Notes: generated by a model from the letters alone, not told the origin. Positions 47,386 through 57,602 are shown, counted from the first letter of the stretch. The stretch: 64,000 bases of DNA from Pseudolabrys sp. (GCA_029255525.1 JANLJK010000200.1:67-64066), one strand, 5' to 3'. Numbers and translations are program-made.

Positions 47386-48264
47386 TCAGGCGCCGCGGAG
47401 GAAGTCGAGGCTGACCTGGTTGAAAAACGCAGGCTCCTCGAAATGCGCCCAATGGGCCACGCCCTTCTTTTCGATCATCCTGGCATTGGGCATCAGCTTC
47501 GAGACCCGCAACGCCGTCTGATAGAAGTCTTCCTTGTCGTCCGGCGCGGCGATGACCAGCGCCGGCGACGTGATTTTCTTCCAGTCATCTTCGGGGATCA
47601 AGTTGCGCGGACGAATGTCTGGATTCTGCAGACACAACACATGCTCCATCGTCCGCTTCATCTCGGGCTGACGATAGGTCACCTGCCGCACAGCAATGAT
47701 GTCCGGAATGCGGTTGCGCTCGTCATGAATGAGTGAGGTGAAGATGGCCTTGATATTGTCCCAGCTTGGATCGTCGACGGCCTTGCCGCGCCGGGCACGG
47801 ATGTCGCCCATGGTGCCCTTGTTGGCGAGCAGGCCAGAGGCAGCCAGAAGCACAATTTTGTCAGCCAATTCGGGATGATCGATGGCAAGCTTGGATGCGA
47901 CCCAGGCGCCGAGCGAAACGCCGATGAAGGATGCCTTCTTGAGGCCTACGGCCTTCATGAAGTTACACACATGCTCGACATAGACCGGGATTTCGTAATC
48001 CACGTCCGGCTTGCCGGAGAAGCCGCTGCCCACCATGTCGAAGGCATAGCAGTTGAAATGCTCGGCATGCGCCGGAATGTTGGCGCAGAAGCCCTCCCAG
48101 GTGCCGGCCGTGCCGTGCAGCATGATGAGAGCCGGCGCGTCCGGCCGACCGGCTTGCACATAGCGCGTCCGAATGCCACCGGCGTCGATGTAATTCTGCC
48201 GAAACGGCGTACTGATCATATGCGTCCACACGCTGCGATATGCCGTGCCGTCTTGCGATATCAT
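47386..48264 (-). CDS. Alpha/beta hydrolase, probable meta-cleavage product hydrolase (MhpC-like)
   Basis: LHG, DMVGSG.S.KP, nucleophile GVSLG, AHWAHFE; divergent from mhpAB-like genes. Confidence 0.8.
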   Translation of the reverse strand: MISQDGTAYRSVWTHMISTPFRQNYIDAGGIRTRYVQAGRPDAPALIMLHGTAGTWEGFCANIPAHAEHFNCYAFDMVGSGFSGKPDVDYEIPVYVEHVCNFMKAVGLKKASFIGVSLGAWVASKLAIDHPELADKIVLLAASGLLANKGTMGDIRARRGKAVDDPSWDNIKAIFTSLIHDERNRIPDIIAVRQVTYRQPEMKRTMEHVLCLQNPDIRPRNLIPEDDWKKITSPALVIAAPDDKEDFYQTALRVSKLMPNARMIEKKGVAHWAHFEEPAFFNQVSLDFLRGA

Positions 48265-48289
48265 CGCCGAACTCCCGTATGAATTTTAT

Positions 48290-48411
48290 GTCTCGAATAT
48301 TGATCATTATGATCTATATTATGAGACAAAATAGCGCCGCGCGTCAACCAACGAATGGCGCCAACGCCTCGATTGACCATTAATTGAATAGTATGTATCA
48401 AATAATGAGAC
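48290..48411. promoter_or_regulatory. Three IclR-type boxes (GTCTCA-N5-TGAGAC variants)
   Basis: GTCTCGAATATTGATCA 48290, GATCTATATTATGAGAC 48311, GTATCAAATAATGAGAC 48395. Confidence 0.65.
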
Positions 48412-48497
48412 TAGCCTTCGGCTCGGCCGGGAGCTTGTGCGGCGGCACATCCGGGCCGCTGACAGCATAACCCTTCTTTTCAGCGACGGTGGCTGCA

Positions 48498-50093
48498 ATG
48501 CAAACAATCGAAACTCAAGTCCTCATCGTCGGGGCCGGCCCCTGCGGCGTGACGATCGCGAATTACATGGGCCTCTACGGCGTCGACGCCGTAATTCTCG
48601 ATCGATCTGCCGAGATTCTCGATTATCCGCGGGCCGTCGGCATCGACGATGAAGCGATGCGCGTCTACCAGACGATCGGCCTCGCCGACGAAATCACGGC
48701 GGATATGATCCGCAACCAGCCGCTGCGCTACTACGACGCCAAAGGCCGCTACCTCGCCGAAATCCGGCCCGTTCTCGAGCCATTCGGCTGGCCGCGACGT
48801 TTCGTTTTTATCCAACCGCGCATGGAAGTGTCGCTACGGCGAGGGCTGCAGCGCTTCCCCAGCGTCAAGCTACTGCTCGGACACGAAGCGGTCGCGCTGA
48901 CCCAGAGTGATCGCAAAGTCGAAACCAAGGTGACGACGGCCGACGGCGAAACGCTAATGATCCGCAGCGATTACGTCGTCGGCACCGACGGCGGCCGCAG
49001 CACCATTCGCGGCCTCATCGGCGTCCCCCTCGTCGGCAGCACGGCGGCATCCCGCTGGCTCGTCATCGACGTCGAGAAGGATACGCTCGATGCGCCCTAT
49101 TCCGGTAGTTATGTCGACGTGCGTCGTCCGCGCATGTGTATCAACCTGCCCTACGGCCAGCGGCGCTTCGAATTCCGCCTGAAGGTCGATGAGACCGAGG
49201 ACCAGATCCTTAAGCCGGAAAATATCGAACACCTGCTGCGGCCGCTCTATGGCAGCAACCCGATGCCGATAATCAAGCGAGCCCGCATCTACCAGCACCA
49301 TTCGCGCGTCGCCGAACGCTTCCAGGTCGGCCGTGTGTTCCTTGCCGGCGATGCCGCACACCTCCAGCCGCCATTCTTCGGCCAGGGCATGAACTCCGGT
49401 ATCCGCGATGCTTCGAACATCGCCTGGAAACTGGCCGCGGTGCTGCTGGGACGGGCGCACGAGAAGATGCTGGAGACTTACGATGCCGAGCGGCGTGGCC
49501 ACGCTGCCGAAATGGTTAAGTTCGCCACCTTCATGGGCGGCCTCTATTCGCCGAACAATCTGTTTACGGCCGTGCTGCGGCGCTGGGTCATGCAGATCGT
49601 CCAGCATCTGCCGAGTCTGCGCGATTACATCCTACAGATGCGTTTCAAGCCGCTGCCGTTCTACGAGACGGGTGTCGTCCTGCACGACGCCAGCGCCACC
49701 AAGAGCGCGGCGGTCGGCCGCATGATGATTCAGCCAAAAGTCGAAACGAAGGACAAAAAACATCTACGGCTCGACGACGCGGTCGGCGACTGGTTCGCCT
49801 TGATCGGCCTCGATTTCGACCCGGCCACGCATATGACGCCGGCCCAGATCGCCGACTGGCAGGCGATGGGCGGCACTATCGTGCGCATCAATAAATCGCG
49901 CAGCGCGCCGCAGCACTGGGAAAGCCACTCTGCCACCGTCGTACTGGAAGATCTCGACGGCGCTTTCCGCGACTGGCGCCTGAAGTCGCCGCGCGCGGAC
50001 GTCATCGTGATGCGACCGGACCGCTACGTCGCCGCCGTCTGCAATCAGACCGAGATGGCGGCGATGCTCGAGAAACTCAAAGCAATCATCTGA
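48498..50093 (+). CDS. mhpA: FAD-dependent hydroxylase, 3-(3-hydroxyphenyl)propionate hydroxylase-like
   Basis: GAGPCG, YPRAVGIDDE, DGGRS, GDAAHLQPP..GQGMNSGIRD, RPDRYV. Confidence 0.82.
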   Translation: MQTIETQVLIVGAGPCGVTIANYMGLYGVDAVILDRSAEILDYPRAVGIDDEAMRVYQTIGLADEITADMIRNQPLRYYDAKGRYLAEIRPVLEPFGWPRRFVFIQPRMEVSLRRGLQRFPSVKLLLGHEAVALTQSDRKVETKVTTADGETLMIRSDYVVGTDGGRSTIRGLIGVPLVGSTAASRWLVIDVEKDTLDAPYSGSYVDVRRPRMCINLPYGQRRFEFRLKVDETEDQILKPENIEHLLRPLYGSNPMPIIKRARIYQHHSRVAERFQVGRVFLAGDAAHLQPPFFGQGMNSGIRDASNIAWKLAAVLLGRAHEKMLETYDAERRGHAAEMVKFATFMGGLYSPNNLFTAVLRRWVMQIVQHLPSLRDYILQMRFKPLPFYETGVVLHDASATKSAAVGRMMIQPKVETKDKKHLRLDDAVGDWFALIGLDFDPATHMTPAQIADWQAMGGTIVRINKSRSAPQHWESHSATVVLEDLDGAFRDWRLKSPRADVIVMRPDRYVAAVCNQTEMAAMLEKLKAII

Positions 50094-50121
50094 TTCAAAG
50101 CAAGCAACGGGAGGCTTCATC

Positions 50122-51042
50122 GTGGCAATGATCGTCGGCTGTGTCGCGTTTTCACATTCGCCGTTTTGGGACATGTCGTTCGAAATCACCGGCCCTGGCG
50201 AAAGCTTCGTTCGTGGCGTGGCGCAGGCACGCGACATTGCACGCCGTCTCGAACCCGATGCTTATGTCATCTTTGGCCCGGACCACTTCCGCAATTTCTT
50301 TTATGATGTCCTACCGCCGTTCTGCATCGGAGTGAATGCAGTCGAGGGCGCCGGTGACTACGGTCTGCCGAAAGGGCAGCTGCCAGGCGCCGCCGCACTG
50401 GGCGCCGGCATCTACGATTACGTCATCCATCACGGCTTCGATCCCGCTGTTTCCATGCGCATGGGCGTCGATCACGGCATCACTCAACCCTATGTCGCAC
50501 TCGATCCGGACCAGAAAACGCCGATGGTTCCGATCATGGTCAATTGCAGCGGTCATCCACGGCCGACGCTCCGGCGCTGCTACGACTTCGGCACGGCCGT
50601 CGGCGCCGCGATCCGGTCTCTACCCACCACACAACGCATTTTGATCCTGGCCTCCGGCGGCATGTCTCATTGGATTCAGCCGGTCTCGCTCGACAATCCT
50701 GACACCAACACAGAAACCCGCGATTACGTTGTCAACGGGCGCACGCGCTCGGCCGAACACACGGCCAAGCGCAACGAGTCGGTCAGGACACGGAAAGCGG
50801 CACAGGTCAGCGGCCGGGTCAATGCGGAATGGGATCAATGGTTCCTCGACCGCCTCACCGCGAATGATCTCGACGCGCTGTTCGCGATCGAGGACAGAGA
50901 GCTGGAAGAAAAGGCAGGCAACGGCGCGCATGAGCTGCGCACCTGGATCGCCGCGGCCGGCGCCTGGAACCAGCCGCTGCGCACGATGTCCTATGAACCG
51001 ATGCCGAGTTGGGTCACCGGCATGGGCTGCGTCGTCGGCTGA
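50122..51042 (+). CDS. mhpB: LigB-family extradiol dioxygenase, MhpB-like
   Basis: SHSP, PDHF..FFYD..PPFCIG, VDHG, SGGMSH, GNGAHELRTW. Confidence 0.8.
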   Translation: MAMIVGCVAFSHSPFWDMSFEITGPGESFVRGVAQARDIARRLEPDAYVIFGPDHFRNFFYDVLPPFCIGVNAVEGAGDYGLPKGQLPGAAALGAGIYDYVIHHGFDPAVSMRMGVDHGITQPYVALDPDQKTPMVPIMVNCSGHPRPTLRRCYDFGTAVGAAIRSLPTTQRILILASGGMSHWIQPVSLDNPDTNTETRDYVVNGRTRSAEHTAKRNESVRTRKAAQVSGRVNAEWDQWFLDRLTANDLDALFAIEDRELEEKAGNGAHELRTWIAAAGAWNQPLRTMSYEPMPSWVTGMGCVVG

Positions 51043-51084
51043 CGCGACGATGCCTCCGGCGCGCCCCGCCCCGCTGGAACGAGA

Positions 51085-51903
51085 TCAACCAGGATTCGCG
51101 AGCGCCTTCGAAATCTTGGCTGCAGCGGTGGTCACGCCCTTGACCATCTCGGCGAGGCGCTTGCCTTGAAATTTCGCGATTGGGCCGCCCATCGACAGTG
51201 CGTAACTGCAATCATTGCCGAAGAAGATCGGTGCTGCGATGCCGGCGGCACCTTCATCGAATTCCTCGAGGCTGACGGCATAGCCCTGCCGCGCTATGGC
51301 CTTCACATCGGCCAGCAGGGCCTTTTGCGTGGTCAGTGTCTTTTTAGTGTAGCGGATCGGAACAGCGTTGCCGAGAACCGCCTCACGATCCGTCGCCGGC
51401 GCGAAAGCGAGTAGAACCTTGGCGCTGGCCGTTGCTGGCCACGGCAGCAGCCGACTCTGTGTCATGGTCGTCGAGACCGGATTACGGCTCTCGAGCCGCT
51501 CGAGCGTGATGATCTCCGAACCGACACGCTCCTGCAGCAGTACGGTGTCACCAAACAGGCTCGACAATTCGCTCAGAACGGGTGCGGCCACACGCAGCAC
51601 CGGGTCCTGCAGCTTGGCCACGCGCGCCAAGTGAAGGATCTTGTGGCCGAGCCGGTACTGGTTGCTGCTGTCTTCGGCCAGCAGGCCGCAATTGCGCAGC
51701 GTATTGATGTAGCGGTAGGTCGTGCTGCGCGGCATCTGGAAGTGCTGCGCGATTTCAGCTGCAGACCACACCGGCTTCTCGCTCGAGAACGCCAGCAGGA
51801 TGTCGATCGCACGATCGGCTGTACTGTTGACCGAGCGCGGCTTCTCCTCGCCTGCGCCTTTGTCGGAAGCGGTCGGGCCGGCCTTGGCGGCGCGTTGATG
51901 CAT
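51085..51903 (-). CDS. IclR family transcriptional regulator
   Basis: DRAIDIL, MPRSTTYR, YRLG, TASAKVLLAF, GIAAPIF. Confidence 0.9.
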   Translation of the reverse strand: MHQRAAKAGPTASDKGAGEEKPRSVNSTADRAIDILLAFSSEKPVWSAAEIAQHFQMPRSTTYRYINTLRNCGLLAEDSSNQYRLGHKILHLARVAKLQDPVLRVAAPVLSELSSLFGDTVLLQERVGSEIITLERLESRNPVSTTMTQSRLLPWPATASAKVLLAFAPATDREAVLGNAVPIRYTKKTLTTQKALLADVKAIARQGYAVSLEEFDEGAAGIAAPIFFGNDCSYALSMGGPIAKFQGKRLAEMVKGVTTAAAKISKALANPG

Positions 51904-52008
51904 GCAGTTCGATCTCGTTTTCGGCCGGCAGCTTCGGCAAGGCCTTGGTCTTATCAGAGCGTGCGGGCGCGCCTCAACGACAATCGCGCGTCGCCCCGCC
52001 GGCGGCGG

Positions 52009-52055
52009 TTGACAGGAGTTCCATAATTTAGGATACTTGGTTCAAATAATGAGAC
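52009..52055 (+). promoter_or_regulatory. Sigma70 promoter with an IclR box at the start site
   Basis: TTGACA-17-GATACT then GGTTCAAATAATGAGAC (52039-52055). Confidence 0.7.
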
Positions 52056-52078
52056 AATAAGTCTTAGGGGGAACCGCT

Positions 52079-53134
52079 ATGACAATCACGCGCGGCGCGC
52101 AACCGCACCGTTTTGAGCTGTCCGCCGATACCCTGGCGCAGACGACCCTTTCGTCCGGCGGCCAAACCCGCCGCTGGGCCCTGGCCGCACTCGCCGCCGC
52201 GGCGCTGCTGCTGCCCACCGGCCCCGCTCCAGCGCAGGACAAATACCCGGACCGGGCGGTCAAGATCATCGTGCCCTTCGCCGCCGGTGGCTCGACCGAC
52301 GTCATGGCGCGTAAAATTGCCGATCTGTTGTCGAAAAAATGGGGCGTAGCAGTCGTCGTGGAAAGCCGCCCCGGTGGCGGCACCGCAATCGGCGGCACGG
52401 CGCTCGCGAACGCAGCACCAGACGGCTACACAATCCTAATGGGCCCCGACACCACCTTCGCTATCAATCAATTGCTTTCATCGCGACCGCAATACGACCC
52501 ATTCAAGGATTTTGCACCGATTACACAAATCTTAGCGTTTCCGATGTCGATCGTCGTCGACGCCAAGCTGCCAGTGACAACCCTGAAGGACCTCGTCGCG
52601 CTCGCCAAGACGAAGCCGCTCAATTACGGCTCATTCGGTGTTGCCAGCGCCCCGCACCTGACCATCGAAATGTTCAAGCAGGCCGCCAAAGTCGACATCG
52701 TACACGTCCCCTACAAGGGCGTCGGCCCAGTCTTCCTCGCTTTGCAGTCAGGTGAAATTCAGATCAGTGCCTTTAGCCCCGCTGCGGCCGCGCCTTACAT
52801 CAAGGCTGGCACCATGCGCATCCTGGCTGTTGACGGCGTGAAACGCTGGCCGTCGGCACCCGACACCCCGACCTTTGCCGAAGCCGGTTTCCCAACGGTA
52901 CACGCACCGGGTTGGTGGGCGATCGGCGCGCCGGCCAAGACACCGGTGCCGATCATCAAGAAGCTCAACCACGACCTGCGCGAGATCATCGAGGCGCCAG
53001 ACTTCAAAGAGTATCTGGTCTCACAGGGCTACCAGCCCGCTTCCGGAACGCCTGAAGAGTTAACAGCCCTCATGAAGGATACGGCCGCACTGTGGGCACC
53101 GGTCATCAAAAAGCTGGAGATCGACCTCAAATGA
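52079..53134 (+). CDS. Tripartite tricarboxylate transporter substrate-binding protein (Bug/TctC)
   Basis: YP..AVKIIVPFAAGGSTD, PDGYT, HVPYKG, PTFAEAG. Confidence 0.9.
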   Translation: MTITRGAQPHRFELSADTLAQTTLSSGGQTRRWALAALAAAALLLPTGPAPAQDKYPDRAVKIIVPFAAGGSTDVMARKIADLLSKKWGVAVVVESRPGGGTAIGGTALANAAPDGYTILMGPDTTFAINQLLSSRPQYDPFKDFAPITQILAFPMSIVVDAKLPVTTLKDLVALAKTKPLNYGSFGVASAPHLTIEMFKQAAKVDIVHVPYKGVGPVFLALQSGEIQISAFSPAAAAPYIKAGTMRILAVDGVKRWPSAPDTPTFAEAGFPTVHAPGWWAIGAPAKTPVPIIKKLNHDLREIIEAPDFKEYLVSQGYQPASGTPEELTALMKDTAALWAPVIKKLEIDLK

Positions 53135-53261
53135 GCACACCGTAACTAGCTGACATATTATCGGAATTTCCATTTAACGGCGCCTTAAATCGGGCCCTCT
53201 AGCGTGCCTTCTGGGGATCGGCGGCGCTAAGGGTGCGCCGCGCGCGTTGTGTGGGTCGCGT

Positions 53262-55403
53262 ATGGCGTCGGGACGAAGACAAGTGGGCGGCCGCCGGGAG
53301 CCGGTTTTCGACTCTGCGCCCGCATTGCGCGTGTCCGCCGGCGATCGGCCGAGCGGCGGCGGAGGCAACAAGCCTGCGCCGCGCCGCAAGAAGTCCAAGA
53401 AGAAAGCCAGCCGCAAAGGACGTCCGCTCCTCGTCCGCATGGCCTATTGGAGCCTGGTGCTCGGCCTGTGGCTCGGCATCGCCGGCGTTGGCGCCGTGCT
53501 CTATGTCGGAGCGCATCTGCCGCCGATCCAATCGCTTGAAATCCCCAAGCGTCCGCCCTCGATCCAAATGGTCGATTATGAAGGCCATGCGCTGGCGCGA
53601 CGCGGCGATCTCGCCGGCGCGCCGCTGCCGCTGAAGGAGATGCCGGCTTATGTGCCGCGCGCCTTCGTCGCGATCGAAGACCGGCGCTTCTACGATCATT
53701 ACGGCATCGATCCGATGGGCATCGGCCGCGCGCTGGTCGCCAACATCCTGCATCGCGGCGTGGCGCAGGGCGGCTCGACGCTGACCCAGCAACTCGCGAA
53801 GAACCTCTTTCTGACGCAGGAACGCACGATCAAGCGCAAGCTGCAGGAGGTGCTGCTGGCGCTGTGGATCGAGCGTAAATTCTCCAAGACGCAGATCCTG
53901 GAGATGTATCTCAACCGCGTCTATTTCGGCGCCGGCGCCTACGGCATCGAGCAGGCCTCGCAGCGCTATTTCGGCAAATCCGCCAAGCAGATCACCGTCG
54001 CGGAAGCGGCCTTGCTGGCTGGCTTGGTCAAATCGCCGTCGCGGCTGGCGCCGACGCGTAACTTCAATGCCGCCGAACAGCGCGCCAAGATCGTGCTCGC
54101 CGCCATGGCCGAGCTCGGCTTCATCAATGCCGCCACCGAGAAGACCGCTTTGGCGAAGCCGCCGCGCATCGTCGCGCAGGCCGCCAACGGCTCGGTCAAT
54201 TATGTGGCCGACTGGGTGATGGACGTGCTCAACGACGTGCTCGGTCATGTCGAGCAGGACATCATCGTCCAGACCACCATCGACAACACGCTGCAGGTCA
54301 ACGCCGAGAAGTCGCTGACCGAGGAGTTGGCGGCGAAGGGTGACAAGCTCAACGTCTCGCAAGGCGCGCTCTTGGCGATGACGCCGGACGGCGCGGTGCG
54401 CGCCATGGTCGGCGGCCGCAGTTATGCCGACAGCCAGTTCAACCGCGCGGTCTCCGCCAAAAGGCAGCCGGGCTCCGCTTTCAAGGCCTTCGTCTATCTC
54501 ACCGCGCTGGAGCATGGGCTCACGCCCGACACCGTACGCGAAGACCGCCCGATCAAGATCAAGGACTGGCAGCCGGAAAACTACGGCCGCGAATATTATG
54601 GCCCGGTCACGCTGACCAAGGCGCTGGCGATGTCGCTCAACACCGTGTCGGTGCGGCTGACGATGGAAATGACGCCGATGGCCGTGGTGCGCACCGCGCA
54701 CCGGCTCGGCATCTCGTCACGGCTCGAACCCAACGCGTCGATCGCGCTCGGCACCTCGGAAGTGTCGATGCTCGATCTGGTCGGCGCCTATGCGCCCTTC
54801 GCCAATGGCGGCTACGCTATCGTACCGCACGTCATCGAGCGCATCACCGCCAGCAACGGCAAGGTGCTCTATAGCCGGAACACGCAGCAGCTCGGCCGCA
54901 TCATCGATGCGCGTTATGTGGCGATGATGAACGCGATGATGACAGAGACCTTGACCATCGGCACCGCGCACAAAGCGACGCTGCCCGGCTGGCCGGCCGC
55001 CGGCAAGACCGGCACTTCCCAGGATTTCCGCGATGCCTGGTTCATCGGCTACACGTCGAAGCTCGTCACCGGCGTGTGGCTCGGCAATGACGACGGCTCG
55101 CCGACCAAGAAGGTGACCGGCGGCAGCATTCCAGTTGAGATATGGAGCCGCTTCATGCGCAGCGCGCATCAGGGCGTGCCGGTCGCGAGCCTGCCCGGCT
55201 CCGGCGGCGGCTTCCTGTCCGGCCTCTTCGCCAACAACGGTGAGACTACGCAGGCGCAACCATCGCCCCAACCGATCTATGGCGATGAGCGAGCGCCGGT
55301 GCCGCCCGCACCCATTCGCGGCGGCGGTGGCAATGCGCCGGTCGCACGCAGCGGCGGCGGGCTCGACGGCTGGCTGCTCGATACCTTCTTCGCGCGCCGC
55401 TAG
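53262..55403 (+). CDS. Class A penicillin-binding protein (PBP1A family)
   Basis: EDRRF, GGSTLTQQLAKN, YLNRVYFG, SAFK, SLN, KTG. Confidence 0.95.
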   Translation: MASGRRQVGGRREPVFDSAPALRVSAGDRPSGGGGNKPAPRRKKSKKKASRKGRPLLVRMAYWSLVLGLWLGIAGVGAVLYVGAHLPPIQSLEIPKRPPSIQMVDYEGHALARRGDLAGAPLPLKEMPAYVPRAFVAIEDRRFYDHYGIDPMGIGRALVANILHRGVAQGGSTLTQQLAKNLFLTQERTIKRKLQEVLLALWIERKFSKTQILEMYLNRVYFGAGAYGIEQASQRYFGKSAKQITVAEAALLAGLVKSPSRLAPTRNFNAAEQRAKIVLAAMAELGFINAATEKTALAKPPRIVAQAANGSVNYVADWVMDVLNDVLGHVEQDIIVQTTIDNTLQVNAEKSLTEELAAKGDKLNVSQGALLAMTPDGAVRAMVGGRSYADSQFNRAVSAKRQPGSAFKAFVYLTALEHGLTPDTVREDRPIKIKDWQPENYGREYYGPVTLTKALAMSLNTVSVRLTMEMTPMAVVRTAHRLGISSRLEPNASIALGTSEVSMLDLVGAYAPFANGGYAIVPHVIERITASNGKVLYSRNTQQLGRIIDARYVAMMNAMMTETLTIGTAHKATLPGWPAAGKTGTSQDFRDAWFIGYTSKLVTGVWLGNDDGSPTKKVTGGSIPVEIWSRFMRSAHQGVPVASLPGSGGGFLSGLFANNGETTQAQPSPQPIYGDERAPVPPAPIRGGGGNAPVARSGGGLDGWLLDTFFARR

Positions 55404-56599
55404 GAGTGCACGGCGCTCAGCCGCGCCTTGCGCGTCACCAGCCATAAGACGAGCGTGAGACCGCCGAAGCCCGCGACCATGATCACCACCGGCCAGGCGC
55501 TCGGGCCCATGAGCAGGCCGATCACCGCGCCGCCGCTGGCAGCAACGCTCTGCTGGAAGAATCCGAACAACGACGAGGCCGCGCCCGCACGCTCGGGAAA
55601 GGGCGACAGCGCGCCAGCAATCGACTGCGACAGCACCATGCCGAGGCCGGCGATATAGACGGCGACGGCGATCACCAAGGAGATCGCCGATTGCGGCACC
55701 AAGGCGACCGACGCCAGCATGCCCAGGCCCCCGACGACCAGCAAACCACTGCCGATACCGACGATGGCATTGAGGCCGAGCCGCGTCACCAAGCGGGCGG
55801 AGAAGGTCGAACCCGACATGTAGCCGACCGCACCAAACGCGAAATAGACGCCGAAGCGGATCGGGCTCAATCCATAGAGGTCCTGCAGCACGAAAGCGGC
55901 GCTGGTGATCCACACGATCAGGCCGGCAAAGCTGAATGTGCCGAGCCCGAGATAAGCAAGATAGGCCGGATGACGCAGAAGCACGCCAAAGGACTTCACC
56001 ATCGACACCAGGGAGAAGCGATCGGACGCGCGCTCACGCAAGGTTTCCGGCAACAGCAGAAGAACGACGACGATGCCCATCAGGCCAATGAGCAGTAGCG
56101 CGAAAAAAACCGAACGCCAGCCAAAGGCGGTTTGCAGCAGACCACCGACGACGGGCGCCAGAACCGGCCCGAGCGCCATGACCGCGGCAATGACCGAGAG
56201 CTCGCGGCCGGCGCGCGCGCCGGTATAGAGATCTCGCACCACGGCCCGCGTGATCACCAGCAAGCCGGCGGCGCCAAGCGCCTGGAAGACGCGGGCGGTG
56301 ATCAGCAAGTCGATTGAGGCGGACACCGCGCAGGCGAGGCCCGCCAGGCTGTAAATGACAAGCGCACCGAGCATCACCGGCTTGCGGCCGTAACGGTCGG
56401 ACACCGGGCCATAGATGATTTGGCCCACGGCAAGGCCGATGAGATAAGCGGAGATCGTAAACTGCACCTTGGCGGGCGTCGTAAAAAGCTGACGCGCGAT
56501 GTCCGGCATCGAGGACAGATACATGTCCGTGGTGAGCGGCCCGAAGGCACTCAAGGCAGCCAAGAGGGCCGTGAGCGCGAATGTCCCCGGACGCAGCAT
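55400..56599 (-). CDS. Bcr/CflA family MFS efflux transporter
   Basis: TDMYL, GPVSDRYGRKPV, RAVVRD, FGWR, LPET. Confidence 0.9.
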   Translation of the reverse strand: MLRPGTFALTALLAALSAFGPLTTDMYLSSMPDIARQLFTTPAKVQFTISAYLIGLAVGQIIYGPVSDRYGRKPVMLGALVIYSLAGLACAVSASIDLLITARVFQALGAAGLLVITRAVVRDLYTGARAGRELSVIAAVMALGPVLAPVVGGLLQTAFGWRSVFFALLLIGLMGIVVVLLLLPETLRERASDRFSLVSMVKSFGVLLRHPAYLAYLGLGTFSFAGLIVWITSAAFVLQDLYGLSPIRFGVYFAFGAVGYMSGSTFSARLVTRLGLNAIVGIGSGLLVVGGLGMLASVALVPQSAISLVIAVAVYIAGLGMVLSQSIAGALSPFPERAGAASSLFGFFQQSVAASGGAVIGLLMGPSAWPVVIMVAGFGGLTLVLWLVTRKARLSAVHS

Positions 56600-56748
56600 G
56601 ATCGTTCCTTCGTCATGCTCGGCGAAGCACCGCGCATGTCCCTGCAATTTCGCTGATGGCTTAAGACTTCATGGCGGAGGCAGCCGTCAGGACGCCTCGC
56701 AATTGCCGCCCTATCGCGTTGGTTACTAGCGCAACCGTGGCCTTTCAG

Positions 56749-57531
56749 CTAGGCCGGATCGGCATGCGCTCCATACCGGTGTAAATCGGCGCCGTGCGCG
56801 TCGAGCCAGGCCTTGGCGCGCGGTACATGCGGGCAAATGCTGTCGACCAGCCGCCAAAACCGGCGCGAATGGTTCATCTCGACGATATGAGCCACCTCGT
56901 GCGCGGCAAGATATTCCAGCACGAAGGGCGGCGCGAGGATCAGCCGCCACGAGTAAGAGAGCATGCCCGTGCTCGAACACGAGCCCCAGCGGCTGGCCTG
57001 ATCGCGGATGGAAATGCGGCCGACGCGCACGCCCAAAGCTTGGGCAGCAAGCCGGCTGGCCGCGTCGAGATCCTGCTTGGCTTCGCGCTTGAGAAAATCG
57101 TGTACCCGGCGCGACACATGCGCTTCACCGCCGGCGACGCACAGCATATTGGCGCCATCGTCGCCGCATTCGATCCACGCGGTGCCACGCGCGCCGCGCC
57201 GGTGCTCGATACGATGATCGATGCCCCGCAACGGCAGCAGCGTGCCATGCGCGAAGGGTACGGCCTGCGGCAGCCGCTGCAGGCGCGCGGCGATCCAAGC
57301 ACCGTGCTTCTGCGCGAACTCAGTCGCCTGCTTGAGGCTGCCGCGCGGCGGCATGGTGAGCACGACCTCGCGCGTGGCCGCATGAATGCGCAAAGTGTAA
57401 CGGCGCGCCTGCCGGTTACGGCGCAGGCGCACGCCGTAGACCTCATCCTGGAACGCGACGGCAATGGCCGAAGGTTCGGCAACGGCGCTGGTGCGCGTGC
57501 GGAATAATGCGCGGAGCGACATGATTTTCAT
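56749..57531 (-). CDS. YgjP/SprT-like zinc metallohydrolase (often annotated M48)
   Basis: RWGSCS, SWRL, AHEVAH..EMNHS..FW. Confidence 0.88.
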   Translation of the reverse strand: MKIMSLRALFRTRTSAVAEPSAIAVAFQDEVYGVRLRRNRQARRYTLRIHAATREVVLTMPPRGSLKQATEFAQKHGAWIAARLQRLPQAVPFAHGTLLPLRGIDHRIEHRRGARGTAWIECGDDGANMLCVAGGEAHVSRRVHDFLKREAKQDLDAASRLAAQALGVRVGRISIRDQASRWGSCSSTGMLSYSWRLILAPPFVLEYLAAHEVAHIVEMNHSRRFWRLVDSICPHVPRAKAWLDAHGADLHRYGAHADPA

Positions 57532-57602
57532 CAACCCCGATTCGGCCGGGGCCGGTAGTGTGCCACGATTCGCGTGTGCAAATCTTCAGGCGGCGCGCGC
57601 GA

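Noticed and set aside
18836-54701. Long minus-strand ORFs 18836-20527, 27818-29380, 32748-33953, 40607-42325, 53199-54701
   Set aside because: Shadow frames of fcs2, the ThDP enzyme, amidohydrolase, glnD and PBP1A
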